From Bdellovibrionota bacterium (lineage in GTDB: Bacteria; Bdellovibrionota; UBA2428), in contig CAXNEW010000001.1 in NCBI GenBank assembly GCA_964201665.1, forward strand, positions 2,623-66,622: DNA of 64,000 nt. The letters are read 5' to 3'. Under the pieces are notes generated by a model, which worked only from the letters and a program-made list of their open reading frames with translations, was not told where the DNA came from and did no database searches. Shown here piece after piece: positions 25,477 to 37,242 of this stretch (positions within the stretch are counted from its first letter, which is position 1; the number at the start of each line of letters is the position of its first letter). A program made the position numbers and the translations under genes.

Positions 25477-25953
25477 TCAAACTCTTTTCGACCTAAAAAA
25501 TCCAACGAGAAGTTCGCGGCATTCTTTTTCTAAAACTCCACCTTCAACTTCGATTTTATGATTCAGTCGGGCGTCATCGTGAATTTGGTAAATAGAACCT
25601 GTTGCCCCGGCTTTGGGGTCAAAGGCCCCAAAAACTATTCTGTCAATTCGAGAAAGCGAAAGTGCGCCCGCGCACATCACGCAGGGCTCAAGCGTAACCA
25701 CCAAGGTGCAGCCGGTAAGTCGCCAGTTATCAATTTGTTTGGAAGCTTCTCGAATAGCTAAAACCTCAGCGTGCGCCGTAGGATCCTTTTGCAACTCTCT
25801 TTCGTTGTGAGATTCAGAAATTATTTTCCCCGACTTATCCACAACTAGCGCTCCAACCGGAATATCGCCCTTGTCGGCTGAGAGTTTGGCAAGCTCAAGC
25901 GCCCTCACCATAAAAGGAACCCAATCTCGACTTTGGCTTGATTTCGGTTTCAA
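25477..25953 (-). CDS. tadA: tRNA-specific adenosine deaminase
   Basis: ..HAEVLAIREA.. and ..TLEPCVMCAGAL.. are the zinc motifs, and the size is typical. Confidence 0.85.
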   Translation of the reverse strand: MKPKSSQSRDWVPFMVRALELAKLSADKGDIPVGALVVDKSGKIISESHNERELQKDPTAHAEVLAIREASKQIDNWRLTGCTLVVTLEPCVMCAGALSLSRIDRIVFGAFDPKAGATGSIYQIHDDARLNHKIEVEGGVLEKECRELLVGFFRSKRV

Positions 25954-25966
25954 TTTTTTATCCAGT

Positions 25967-27313
<1,347 letters not shown>

Positions 27314-30300
27314 TTAAAATCTCGAAAGCTTTGACTGAATTTCAGCGGCATCGCCCGCCTGTGGGAGTAGCTGCAAGTATTTTTCAAAGTAACTGCGTGC
27401 ATTTTCATACTGTGCTTGATTTTCAAAAACATAACCTAAAACTCGATAGGCCTCAGCAATATTTGGGTTTGTAGCCAGAACTGTTTTGGCCATTCTTTCG
27501 GCATTCTCAAAATCCTTAAGTGCCAAATAGGCTTGGGCCAAGCGAGTGAGAACTCTTGGGTCATCTTGAAAGGTCGATGTGAATTTCTGAAAAAGTTTGG
27601 GAACTTCCTGCGGAGCATTCACCGAAAGAAGATATTCAGCGGCCTCAATAAAGGTTGCCAAAACCGCTGGCCTCTCTTCGATTTCCCTGAGGTAGGCCTG
27701 AATTGCTGGGGCCGCTTTTGACCCTTTTGCATAAGACCTGGCAGCCCAAAGCCAGGCTTCGGGATAGGTGGGCTCACTGATTGCAGCTCCTTCAAAATTC
27801 CGAGCCGCCTCAATGAATTTAGATTGGTCATAAAAAATTTTCCCAATTTTCATTGAGGGCAAAGCGCTTGTGGGATTGTCCTTAGAGGCACGAGTGAAAA
27901 AAAGTACGGCCCGGTCGAGGTCACGCTTTTTAGTGTAAAGATCGCCCAAAAGCATACGAAGCTCAAAAGACCTTGGAAAAACCAAAACCTGATCACCAAC
28001 AAACCCAATGGCATCATTCAATTGGTCTCCATGTGCAAGTGCCGAACCTACTGCCAAAATTAGAGAAATATTTTCGGGGTCTGCTTTAAGGCGACGGCGC
28101 AAATCTGCAATTGCAGATTTAATATCAACTTTTCCGCGAACCCTGCAGTCGTAAAAGAGTAAGTCCGCGCGAAATGCAAGCTCGGCACGACCATGGACCC
28201 TGCCTAAATTTGCAGCCTTAATACAATCTATAAATTTTTCTTTTTCTCGGTACATTTCAGCCAAAAAATAATGAGACCAGCCGTCATTAGGTTTAAGTTT
28301 GATGGCAGCCCTGAAATTCTTTTCGGCTTCATCATATTCGCGTCCCATCTTTTGAAGGAGTCCTAAAAATTTTTCGCTATCGTTTGAGACTGTGTTTCCG
28401 GCTTGTTTTGTTCGACTGAGTTTTTCGATTTCATCATAGGCTTCAAAGGCTTTATCAAAAGAAAATTGTCCTGCTCGTGCCCACAAAAGCCCTCCCCATC
28501 CGTCAACACTTTTTGGATCAGATTTTACGAGTCTCTCAAAATAATTTTCTGCTCGAAACCACTGCCCCTCAAAGGCAGCCGCTTGGCCAGCAATCAGTAA
28601 CAAATCAGAGGCCCCATCAAGGACTAAAGACAGCACAACAAGAGTAGCAGTCTCTCGTGGGCCCAGCGGACCGCTCGATGCCTTCTTTTTTATTTCTTCT
28701 GTAATCTCAGAAAAATTTAAATCCGTACTGCCAAGATCAACCCAGTTTTTCGAGGGGTTGATTTGCCCTCGTCTCAAAATTTCCAAATTTTGAACAACTG
28801 CTTTTGCAGTAGAAAATCTGCCGAAGGTTTCAAGAAATGATGCAAATTCCATCCAGTACACATCCTGAAATGATTTCGGCAAAAGAGAAGATGTTCCCAG
28901 ACCTGTTAAAAAAAGTCTAAACGCCAGTTGGGCCCCATCAGACTTAAGTCTCCAATTCGTTTGAGCCGTGGCAAACCACAACAAAGGAAGTGTCGGATGA
29001 TTTTGAGCCGTTTGTAACACCCAATCATTAAACTTTTTAGCGTCTCGCCTTAGAAAAGCTTTTTTTAAGTTGTGCGAGGATTCTGCAACCGAATCATTAA
29101 AATCGACACCCTCTTTAACAAGTAAAACTTCGCCCTTGCCGCCTTTGCTCCAAAAATTTTGCCACGAAATTTCTTCTAAAAGCATTGCCGTTTCTTTGCG
29201 TTGACTCTCGAGATGTGGCTTTAGTTTCAAGAGTGCTTCATCCCATTTTGCCTCGATCGCCAAAAAAGAGGCGCCAAAGAGCGCCACTTGCTCGGAGTCC
29301 AAAATGTTCTTTGCCAATAAAAAGTCAAAAGCGGTTTTAGCTCTGCCAATCAAAGCCGAGCCTTGCTGAAAATCAAAAGATTGAATTGCGGCCCCAATCC
29401 ACATTGAGTTCCAAATCCATCGAGCCCAATAAGAAGATTTGAGTCTATCCTTTGGGTCATTTTTCTCATTTAAGGACTCCAGATCTTGGGTCCAAATTTC
29501 GGCCGAAAAGCCTAGGGGTAAATCAAGTTCAGCACTAGGCTCTAAACTTTGTGGAAACACCGGAAGATCAAAATTTAAACCCTGAAGTGCAAGTTTAAGG
29601 GGCTTTGCGTAGTTGGAGTTAGCCAGAAAAAAACCTGGCCCTAAATTTACAGTTTTAGAACTTCCCTTAAAGCCATTTCCACTAAACAAAAAGAATGTAC
29701 CCGCCAGAGCAAAAAAGCCAACCGCCCAATAGAGGGGTGGAATCTTTCTTTTTTCGCTCCCCCTTTGATTACCCCCGACAAGCGGCCCCGCGGGGTTCAA
29801 GGTATTTGATTGCCAGTTGGGGGGATTTTCTTTTTGCGATTTTTGATTGTTGGCACTTGAAGCGGGCCTACTTGAAACCCTTTGAGACCCCAAGGGCTGA
29901 GTCTCTCCCTTTTTTTCGGAAACTTTTTTGTCTTTTGGTGGAGTTTGGATCGAAGGTTTTTTGGTACTTGGGATAACCGCGGTTGGGCGGGTTACACGAG
30001 TATTCTGTGTTTTAATTTCCGGAAGATTTGCGGTTTCAGGAGTCCCCTGAACAAGCATCTTTTGAAACAAATCAAAAAACTCAAGATCGCTTGAAATGGG
30101 TTTCCAGTCGGAGTCGCCTTCAAAAAGAATTTCTTCTTCTCCGGTTAACCTTTTTGTAACAATAAACCCAACAACTTCGGTGCGGGTATAGGGTCCATAG
30201 ACTTTTCTAGACACCATTCTGATTTGAATTTTTTTGTCAGAAATAGACGTCCTTGTTTTATCAAACAAGGACCCCGCCAGCCCAGTTCGGGTTCCAGAGT

Positions 30301-30319
30301 CTTCATCCTGGTTGGACAT
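27314..30319 (-). CDS. Large membrane-anchored TPR-repeat protein with an N-terminal GYF_2-like domain
   Basis: The N-terminus ..VYGPYTRTEVVGFIVTKRLTGEEEILFEGDSDWKPI.. is GYF_2-like. It is followed by a low-complexity linker, one TM segment (YWAVGFFALAGTFFLF) and a long TPR-like C-terminal region. Confidence 0.55.
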   Translation of the reverse strand: MSNQDEDSGTRTGLAGSLFDKTRTSISDKKIQIRMVSRKVYGPYTRTEVVGFIVTKRLTGEEEILFEGDSDWKPISSDLEFFDLFQKMLVQGTPETANLPEIKTQNTRVTRPTAVIPSTKKPSIQTPPKDKKVSEKKGETQPLGSQRVSSRPASSANNQKSQKENPPNWQSNTLNPAGPLVGGNQRGSEKRKIPPLYWAVGFFALAGTFFLFSGNGFKGSSKTVNLGPGFFLANSNYAKPLKLALQGLNFDLPVFPQSLEPSAELDLPLGFSAEIWTQDLESLNEKNDPKDRLKSSYWARWIWNSMWIGAAIQSFDFQQGSALIGRAKTAFDFLLAKNILDSEQVALFGASFLAIEAKWDEALLKLKPHLESQRKETAMLLEEISWQNFWSKGGKGEVLLVKEGVDFNDSVAESSHNLKKAFLRRDAKKFNDWVLQTAQNHPTLPLLWFATAQTNWRLKSDGAQLAFRLFLTGLGTSSLLPKSFQDVYWMEFASFLETFGRFSTAKAVVQNLEILRRGQINPSKNWVDLGSTDLNFSEITEEIKKKASSGPLGPRETATLVVLSLVLDGASDLLLIAGQAAAFEGQWFRAENYFERLVKSDPKSVDGWGGLLWARAGQFSFDKAFEAYDEIEKLSRTKQAGNTVSNDSEKFLGLLQKMGREYDEAEKNFRAAIKLKPNDGWSHYFLAEMYREKEKFIDCIKAANLGRVHGRAELAFRADLLFYDCRVRGKVDIKSAIADLRRRLKADPENISLILAVGSALAHGDQLNDAIGFVGDQVLVFPRSFELRMLLGDLYTKKRDLDRAVLFFTRASKDNPTSALPSMKIGKIFYDQSKFIEAARNFEGAAISEPTYPEAWLWAARSYAKGSKAAPAIQAYLREIEERPAVLATFIEAAEYLLSVNAPQEVPKLFQKFTSTFQDDPRVLTRLAQAYLALKDFENAERMAKTVLATNPNIAEAYRVLGYVFENQAQYENARSYFEKYLQLLPQAGDAAEIQSKLSRF

Positions 30320-30340
30320 AGTTGAAGTTTGAGTTTCGCC

Positions 30341-31840
30341 TTAACGGGCGAAAATCTCAACAGTCTCCACCCACCTGGGCAAACGACTTAAACCCCCAAG
30401 AGCATAAATTGCTGCCAGCACACACAGAGTTGTCGCCAAGGCCGTTGGCCAAAGCTTAGCCACGCGTTTGTTTTGAGGAATTTCGTCAGTGGGTTCATCC
30501 TGATTCATGTACAAAGGAACTAAAATTTTCAGATAGAAACCAAGACCAAGAAGTGTTCCTAAAATCAGTAAACCTGCTGAAAAGTATTCTTGCCCAATCC
30601 ACAGGTCTTTGAGAATTAAATATTTTCCAAAAAAACCGGGCAAAGGCGGGATACCTGCAATGGAGAAAACAAAAAATGCAAAAATTCCCACAAAAATACC
30701 CTGAAATTTTCGTCCAATTTGTGGAAGGTTCTCGATTTTCAAATCCCCATGGGGCTCAAGGCCCAATTGAGTTGAAAACCTTTCTAAAAGTGCAAAAATT
30801 CCAACTACGCTAACAGAGTAAATAAAAAGGTAAGCAAACATGGACCCTGTCGCAAAAGGTCCGGCCGCCAAAGCTAATGCTGCGAAACCCGCGTTCACAA
30901 TTCCAGAATAAGCAAAAAGGCGGCGCAAGCTTTTTTGGGCCATTGCAAGAAGGCTTCCCGCAACAATCGACAAACCCGCAAGTCCAATCAAAATCTGCTT
31001 AAGCTCAGGAAAATTTGAAAAACCGGTGAGCGTCCAAATGCCTGCCAGGGCTCCAAAAACAGAAATTTTTGTAGCCGTAGAAAGCATCGCTGCCATTGCA
31101 GTGGGCGATGCTTGGTAAACATCGGGTGCCCACATGTGCAAAGGAAACAAAGCGAGCTTAAAGGACAAACTCGAAATTATTAAAATTGCGGCCGAAAGGG
31201 CCATAAATTTTTCAGGGCCGCTGTTTACTGACTTTAAAGCAGAGGCAATGAGCTCAAAATCCAGAGTTCCCGTGAGACCGTAAAAGAGGGCTGCTCCCAT
31301 TAAAAAAAATCCCGAACCAAAGGCTCCGGTCAAAAGATATTTTAATCCGGCTTCAAGAGATTTTTCTCTGTCCGTGTCTAGGGATGCCATCACATAGCCA
31401 GTTATGGCGAGAGTTTCGAGATAAACAAAAAATGAAACCCAATCTCGGGCGCCAGGTAAAAGCGTAAGGCCCAAAACTTGAACAACCAAAATAGCTAGCC
31501 ATTCGGGATGCAACACGCCATTTCGCGTTGGGGTGACAAATGTTGATACCAATAACGCAAGAATCCCTACTGCGCAGCCCACGAGCCTAGTGAAGGCATT
31601 CATCTCTAGCGCTGTGCCCATAACAGCCACTGGAGGATTTCCAAGTTGAATCGCCAACAAACCCACAAAGGGAACAAAAACAAAAAAACTAAGTACCCGT
31701 GTAAACCCAATCCCTAAACGAAAGCCCGCAGCTAAAGTCGAAAAAACCAAACCTACACAAAGCCAAAGAAGCGGAAAAAGAGCCTGAAGCTCATTTGGGC
31801 CCAGGGTAAAAACAGAGGAATCAAAAAAACTACTTTCCAT
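30341..31840 (-). CDS. nuoN: NADH-quinone oxidoreductase subunit N (cluster 1)
   Basis: ..LFPLHMWAPDVYQASPTAMAAMLSTATK.. and its position after nuoM. Confidence 0.8.
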   Translation of the reverse strand: MESSFFDSSVFTLGPNELQALFPLLWLCVGLVFSTLAAGFRLGIGFTRVLSFFVFVPFVGLLAIQLGNPPVAVMGTALEMNAFTRLVGCAVGILALLVSTFVTPTRNGVLHPEWLAILVVQVLGLTLLPGARDWVSFFVYLETLAITGYVMASLDTDREKSLEAGLKYLLTGAFGSGFFLMGAALFYGLTGTLDFELIASALKSVNSGPEKFMALSAAILIISSLSFKLALFPLHMWAPDVYQASPTAMAAMLSTATKISVFGALAGIWTLTGFSNFPELKQILIGLAGLSIVAGSLLAMAQKSLRRLFAYSGIVNAGFAALALAAGPFATGSMFAYLFIYSVSVVGIFALLERFSTQLGLEPHGDLKIENLPQIGRKFQGIFVGIFAFFVFSIAGIPPLPGFFGKYLILKDLWIGQEYFSAGLLILGTLLGLGFYLKILVPLYMNQDEPTDEIPQNKRVAKLWPTALATTLCVLAAIYALGGLSRLPRWVETVEIFAR

Positions 31841-31843
31841 TTT

Positions 31844-33343
31844 TCACCTAAAATAAGTTAGAACCTGCGTAGCCGCAGGTTCTACTTTCGAAAGAATTGC
31901 CTGAGAACCAAAACCTAAATAGATCATAAATAAAAGTAGAGGAACTAAACTTGCCCATTCGTTCCAAGTCACTCTAACTGGATGAGATTTCACAAGTTCA
32001 GAAACAGGTCCATAGGCAAACCGTCTGAGCATTCCCAGCATATAAATAGCTCCAAGCAAAACTCCCGACAGCGCAACCAGCGAATAAACAGGAAATGTTT
32101 TGAAACTACCTGCGAGAATTAAAAACTCTCCTACAAAACCCGGCAACCCTGGAAGACCAATCGAGGCCATTGAAGCTAAAATAAAACTTGTGGCAAGCCA
32201 TGCATGCTCTTGGGCAAAGCCTCCATATTTTGAAATTTCTCTTGAGTGAGTACGCTCATAAATAATTCCGAAAATCAAAAACAGAGCGCCTGTACTTAAA
32301 CCGTGGGCAATATTTTGAAAAAAGGCCCCCTGTAAGGCTTCGACGCCAAGAGCAAAGAGTCCCAAAACCATAAAGCCCAAGTGCGAAACCGAAGAATAAG
32401 CGATCATTTTTTTAATGTCAGTTTGGAACCAGGCCGCGAAAGCGCCCATCACGATTCCCACACAACCTAATGCCATGAGTGTCGGAGCCGCTGCTGCGCT
32501 TGCCTCTGGAAATAGCGGTAGGCACCAACGAGCAATTCCGTAAACTCCTAACTTCAACAAAACTCCAGCCAAAATCACTGAGGCCCCGGTTGGCGCTTCA
32601 GTGTGGGCATCAGGCAACCAAGTATGAAAAGGCCAAACGGGAATTTTAACAACAAATGCGAGCATAAAACCTAAAAACAAAAGGCCTTGAACCGAGCCCC
32701 ATCCTTGAAATTCAAAATTTGTTGCAACAAGATCGTGCCACCCTAAACTTGCAACATCAAACTGGAATGCCAAAGCTAAAATAGCTGCAAGCATGAAAAG
32801 TGATCCCGCCATAGTAAATGCAAAAAATTTTAAGGAAGCATAAACTCGATTTTTAGACCCCCACCCCCCAATTAAGAGATACATCGGGATGAGCATAAAC
32901 TCCCAAAAACAATAAAAAACAAAGGCGTCTGCGGCGAGTAAGGACCCAACCGAGGCTCCATTTAAAATCGAAAAAAGTCCTAAATATCCTGGACCCAAAT
33001 TCTTTTTGTTTAGTGAAAAAAACCCCAAACAAAGACTCAAAAGAACATTGAGACCCAGAAGGGGAATATTGAGCCCATCTAAACCAAGCGAAAACCGACT
33101 CTTAAGAAATGGAATCCAGTCCCAAGAAAAATATACCGGAAATGCCCGTGGCCCGCCGCCATCCCCTGCAACACTGAGCTCCTCCCAAATGGGGCCAATT
33201 GCCCAAACGAAAAGGAGTACCCAAACAATCTGAAACACCAGACTTGAGTACTGCGCAAGCAATGGGATTTTTTTGGGAAACAAAAACAACAAAAGCCCCG
33301 TTACAAAGGGCCACAACAAAAACAAAAGCAATGAATTTTCCAT
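31844..33343 (-). CDS. nuoM: NADH-quinone oxidoreductase subunit M (cluster 1)
   Basis: ..VWPFHTWLPDAHTEAPTGASVILAGVLLKLGVYG.. Confidence 0.85.
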   Translation of the reverse strand: MENSLLLFLLWPFVTGLLLFLFPKKIPLLAQYSSLVFQIVWVLLFVWAIGPIWEELSVAGDGGGPRAFPVYFSWDWIPFLKSRFSLGLDGLNIPLLGLNVLLSLCLGFFSLNKKNLGPGYLGLFSILNGASVGSLLAADAFVFYCFWEFMLIPMYLLIGGWGSKNRVYASLKFFAFTMAGSLFMLAAILALAFQFDVASLGWHDLVATNFEFQGWGSVQGLLFLGFMLAFVVKIPVWPFHTWLPDAHTEAPTGASVILAGVLLKLGVYGIARWCLPLFPEASAAAAPTLMALGCVGIVMGAFAAWFQTDIKKMIAYSSVSHLGFMVLGLFALGVEALQGAFFQNIAHGLSTGALFLIFGIIYERTHSREISKYGGFAQEHAWLATSFILASMASIGLPGLPGFVGEFLILAGSFKTFPVYSLVALSGVLLGAIYMLGMLRRFAYGPVSELVKSHPVRVTWNEWASLVPLLLFMIYLGFGSQAILSKVEPAATQVLTYFR

Positions 33344-33344
33344 T

Positions 33345-35276
33345 TCACAACACCCCCCAGCCCGAAAAGATCGCTACACAAATTGAGAGGGCCGCAACGA
33401 AAACTAAATACCAAGTATAGGTCTGGACTCCGCCGGTATGAAAAAGAGCCAACACGTTTCCTGATAGATTTAAAGAATCTTTTATGCCATGGAGGGCGCC
33501 ATTTATGAGAGAGTGATCTACAATTTTTGACCCTGTCCGAGCGACAAAAGCCAGTGGCTTCAAAAACAAAATTCCGTAAATCTCATCTACATAGAATTTA
33601 TTTTCACTCAGGCGAGTAAAAAAACCTGGGTTAGATTCCACAGCACTTTTTGCTTGGATCTGTCCAAATTTTTTCCAAGAAAGGTAGGCTATCCCCAGAG
33701 ATCCACCCGTGGTGAATAAAACCAAAAGCCACTCTGCCAAATGACTCAAATGGTGGGCTTCAGCTGTTCCACCACCCAATTGAGGCGTCCACCCAATCCA
33801 ACTTAAATTTACCCACTCAGTAAATTTATGAATCCCTCCCAAAATATCGGGTACCTCAAAAAAGCCAACGACAACACTAAGCAAGGCCAAAATTCCAAGC
33901 GGGACAGTCATTAGCCAATGGCTTTCATGGGCATGTTCGGCTTCTTTTGTCCTAGGCTTGCCCCAGAAAGCAAGGGAGTAAGCTCTCAGCATATAAAAGG
34001 CCGTGAGGAGTGCCGCTCCCAAAAGTAAAAAGTAAACGACCGGGCTTTTTACAAAGGCTTTTTCAAGAATCAGGTCTTTTGAAAAAAATCCGGATGTAAG
34101 CGGAAATCCAATAATTGCCAGTGTTCCCACCAAAAAAGTTCCGTGGGTTAGGGGCATTTTTTTCTGCAACCCCCCCATTTCAAGCAGGTCTTGTTTTTCA
34201 TGCATTCCATGAATGACCGAGCCCGCCCCTAAAAACAAAAGTGCTTTAAAACAAGCGTGGGTCACGACATGAAAAAAGGCCGCAACCGGCGCGCCAATAC
34301 CAAGAGCCGCAAACATAAATCCCAACTGAGAAACTGTTGAGTAGGCCAATACTTTTTTAATATCTCTCTGTGTGAGCGCGATAAGTGCCGCTAACCATGC
34401 CGTTGAAAGGCCAATCACCAAAATCACTTCAAGCAATTGTGCTTGTCCTTCAAAAATGGGCCAAAGCCTGAGGCTTACAAAAACCCCTGAAGTCACCATA
34501 GTCGCGGCGTGAATCAATGCAGAAACGGGCGTTGGCCCCGCCATTGCATCCGGAAGCCAAACGTACAAAGGAATCTGAGCTGACTTTCCGGTTGAGGCCC
34601 AAAAAATTCCGGCGGCAAAAATCAAAAGCGAAGTAGAGCCTAGTGCAGCAGCTTGTGGTCCAGAGACAAAAGCTAAAATTTCAGAAATGTTTAAGGTGCC
34701 AAAATCTCGAATGGCAATAAACAACGCCACAAGAAAACCCAAGTCACCTATTCGGTTTGTAACAAAAGCTTTCATACCAGCTTCTGTATTTTTATTTTCT
34801 TTGTACCAATAGCCAATCAACAGGTAGGAGCAAAGTCCGACCCCCTCCCACCCTAAAAAAACTCCAACAAGATTTTGTGAAAGCACGAGGGTCAGCATCG
34901 CGGCCAAAAACAAATTGAGGTAGGCAAAAAATCGCCAAGGACTTTCGTCGTGCGACATATAGGATACGGCGTAAGTATGAATGAGGCCACCAATTCCCGT
35001 AATCACCAACAGCATGACGGAAGTGACGGCTGTCACTTCGAGTGCAAAATCAACTTTTATGTTTCCGGTAGAAAACCAAGTAAACAAAAAGTCTGTAATG
35101 TGAGTTGAGAATCCATTCTGTGAAAAAATGATTAGACTTGTAAAAAATGAGGCAAACGCAGCAAGGGTTCCAATGGCTCCGCTTAAATAAGGATTTTTAG
35201 ACCGAATCAAAAGACCATTCAAAGCCGCTCCAATGAGTGGAAAAAAGACTATCCATCTTAAGGCTTCAGATTTCAT
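33345..35276 (-). CDS. nuoL: NADH-quinone oxidoreductase subunit L (cluster 1, 643 aa)
   Basis: ..GKSAQIPLYVWLPDAMAGPTPVSALIHAATMVTSGVF.. It has a single lateral-helix segment ..VDHSLINGALHG.. Confidence 0.85.
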   Translation of the reverse strand: MKSEALRWIVFFPLIGAALNGLLIRSKNPYLSGAIGTLAAFASFFTSLIIFSQNGFSTHITDFLFTWFSTGNIKVDFALEVTAVTSVMLLVITGIGGLIHTYAVSYMSHDESPWRFFAYLNLFLAAMLTLVLSQNLVGVFLGWEGVGLCSYLLIGYWYKENKNTEAGMKAFVTNRIGDLGFLVALFIAIRDFGTLNISEILAFVSGPQAAALGSTSLLIFAAGIFWASTGKSAQIPLYVWLPDAMAGPTPVSALIHAATMVTSGVFVSLRLWPIFEGQAQLLEVILVIGLSTAWLAALIALTQRDIKKVLAYSTVSQLGFMFAALGIGAPVAAFFHVVTHACFKALLFLGAGSVIHGMHEKQDLLEMGGLQKKMPLTHGTFLVGTLAIIGFPLTSGFFSKDLILEKAFVKSPVVYFLLLGAALLTAFYMLRAYSLAFWGKPRTKEAEHAHESHWLMTVPLGILALLSVVVGFFEVPDILGGIHKFTEWVNLSWIGWTPQLGGGTAEAHHLSHLAEWLLVLFTTGGSLGIAYLSWKKFGQIQAKSAVESNPGFFTRLSENKFYVDEIYGILFLKPLAFVARTGSKIVDHSLINGALHGIKDSLNLSGNVLALFHTGGVQTYTWYLVFVAALSICVAIFSGWGVL

Positions 35277-35286
35277 TTTTAATTCC

Positions 35287-35607
35287 CTAACCCTTCAAAG
35301 ATCTCAAATCGTCGAGCGAGACTGTTCCCACTTTTCTAAAGATTGCAACAAATAGACCCAACGCCACGGCAGCCTCGGCCGCTGCAACTAAGACAATAAA
35401 AAGAACTAAGGACGCTCCCTCAGGATTTCGGTGCAGATTTGAAAAACTCACTAAGCACAAATTCACCCCGTTGAGCATGAGCTCCAAACACATGAGGGCA
35501 ATCAAGCCCGACCTTCGAATCAAAAAGCCCGATACCCCAATACAAAAAAGTAGGACCCCGATTCCAACATGAAACTGCGTTACAGATAATCCAGAAAACA
35601 ATTCCAT
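35287..35607 (-). CDS. nuoK: NADH-quinone oxidoreductase subunit K (cluster 1)
   Basis: ..LELMLNGVNLCLVSF.. and ..AAAEAAVALGL.. ATG 35607 is preferred over TTG 35625. Confidence 0.8.
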   Translation of the reverse strand: MELFSGLSVTQFHVGIGVLLFCIGVSGFLIRRSGLIALMCLELMLNGVNLCLVSFSNLHRNPEGASLVLFIVLVAAAEAAVALGLFVAIFRKVGTVSLDDLRSLKG

Positions 35608-35611
35608 TTTT

Positions 35612-36157
35612 TTACTTACCTTCAACCTGATCCAATTGTTTTTTGGGCTTCCCTAAAACCACAACTCCCATAACGGTTGCAAAAATCAGAAGGCCCGCCA
35701 CCTGAAAGGGTAAATGATACTTCGAAAGAAACTGCAAAGAGATCACCGACGGAGAGGCAATAGAAGCAAGCGACTCAACCTCCGCCGCGCCCTGATTTCC
35801 AAAAGAACTTCTAAACGCGGCCACGCTTAAGCCCAAACCTAAAAATAAGCTTACAAAAACTCCTCCCGCAATTGAAACTGCCCGCCCGGGAAGAGTCAAA
35901 GAAAGCGGCTTAAGATCTAGCAACATGACAATAAAAACAAACAAAACCGCTATGGCGCCGGCATAAATAAGAATTTGAATGGCTCCCATAAAAAAATGAC
36001 CAAGCCCTATATAAAGAGCCCCCGTCAGAAAAAGAGTTGCCATCAAATTCACCGCACTCACAACCGGATTTTTCGAAAGCACTACAGAAAGAGCCGTAAC
36101 CAAGGTCAAAAAACCTAAAACAATTTGCACCACGTTTGGGCTGCCAACGGATTCCAT
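35612..36157 (-). CDS. nuoJ: NADH-quinone oxidoreductase subunit J (cluster 1)
   Basis: Its position between nuoH and nuoK. ..QILIYAGAIAVLFVFIVML.. is typical of NuoJ/ND6. Confidence 0.75.
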   Translation of the reverse strand: MESVGSPNVVQIVLGFLTLVTALSVVLSKNPVVSAVNLMATLFLTGALYIGLGHFFMGAIQILIYAGAIAVLFVFIVMLLDLKPLSLTLPGRAVSIAGGVFVSLFLGLGLSVAAFRSSFGNQGAAEVESLASIASPSVISLQFLSKYHLPFQVAGLLIFATVMGVVVLGKPKKQLDQVEGK

Positions 36158-37240
36158 TTACAAACCTCGACCCGAGTAAAAAAAAGTGATGAGCACTGTC
36201 GCAATAACATTCAAAATTCCTAAGGGCAGTAGAACTTTCCAGCCCAAATCCATAAGTTGGTCATAGCGAAAGCGAGGCAAAGTCCACCTTACCCAAACAA
36301 AAATCCACATAAACACCGCTACCTTTGATGCAAAAGCCGCAAGCTGAATGAGTCCCTGTATCCAGCTGGCTTGGTCTAAGGGAAACCCCCACCCAACAAT
36401 GAGATCTCTAAGTTCAGCCTGAGAAATAAACGGAAGATTAAATCCGCCAAAAAACAATGTAACTAGAAATGATGAAGCCAAAATCATGGCCACATATTCG
36501 CCCATCATAAACAAACCAAATTTGAGACCAGAATATTCCGTGTGATACCCCGCCACCAATTCACTTTCCCCTTCGGGCAAATCAAAAGGAAGCCTATTGG
36601 TTTCGGCAAACGAGCAAACCCATAAAATTAAAAATGCCAAAGGCTGGTAAAGGACTCCCCAATGACCCAGTTTTCCGCCGACTTCTTGGGCTCGAACAAT
36701 TTCGCGAAGATCCAAAGTTCCATAGGCCATTACAAGCGAGGTGATTGTAATTCCTATGGCAATTTCATAGGAAATCATTTGAGAACTCGCCCTAAGGGCT
36801 CCCATCAAAGAAAATTTATTATTTGAGGCCCAGCCGGCCGCAAGAACCGAGAACACATGCAAACTCGTAATTGCAAGCAAAAGTAAAAGACCCACATTCA
36901 CGTTGGCAATTTGCCCAGGGAATTCCTGCCCACCAATCAATACAGTTCCAGAAAATGGAATTACTGAAAACGCAAACATAGGAGGCAACACCGCCAAAGC
37001 CGGAGCTAAAATGAAAAGTACTTTGTGTGCCTGTGCCGGGATGTTTTCTTCTTTAAAAACGAGCTTAATAGCATCTGAAATCGGCTGCAGAAGCCCAAGT
37101 GGCCCCACACGATTGGGACCAACCCGTCTTTGCATCCAGGCAGATCCCCGCCGTTCAATGGTCACCATAATCGGAACCGAGGTAAGAAGGGCAATTCCAA
37201 CCAATGGAACTAACAACAGCGACCATTCAAAATTTGTCAT
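36158..37240 (-). CDS. nuoH: NADH-quinone oxidoreductase subunit H (cluster 1)
   Basis: ..ERRGSAWMQRRVGPNRVGPLGLLQPISDAIKL.. and ..ETNRLPFDLPEGESELVAGYHTEYSG.. Confidence 0.85.
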   Translation of the reverse strand: MTNFEWSLLLVPLVGIALLTSVPIMVTIERRGSAWMQRRVGPNRVGPLGLLQPISDAIKLVFKEENIPAQAHKVLFILAPALAVLPPMFAFSVIPFSGTVLIGGQEFPGQIANVNVGLLLLLAITSLHVFSVLAAGWASNNKFSLMGALRASSQMISYEIAIGITITSLVMAYGTLDLREIVRAQEVGGKLGHWGVLYQPLAFLILWVCSFAETNRLPFDLPEGESELVAGYHTEYSGLKFGLFMMGEYVAMILASSFLVTLFFGGFNLPFISQAELRDLIVGWGFPLDQASWIQGLIQLAAFASKVAVFMWIFVWVRWTLPRFRYDQLMDLGWKVLLPLGILNVIATVLITFFYSGRGL

Positions 37241-37242
37241 TT

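Noticed and set aside
25477-25953. A functional link between tadA and the tRNA-Arg(ACG) at 4833, which is TadA's canonical substrate.
   Set aside because: They are 20 kb apart, on opposite strands, and separated by unrelated operons. The co-occurrence in one window is most simply coincidence.
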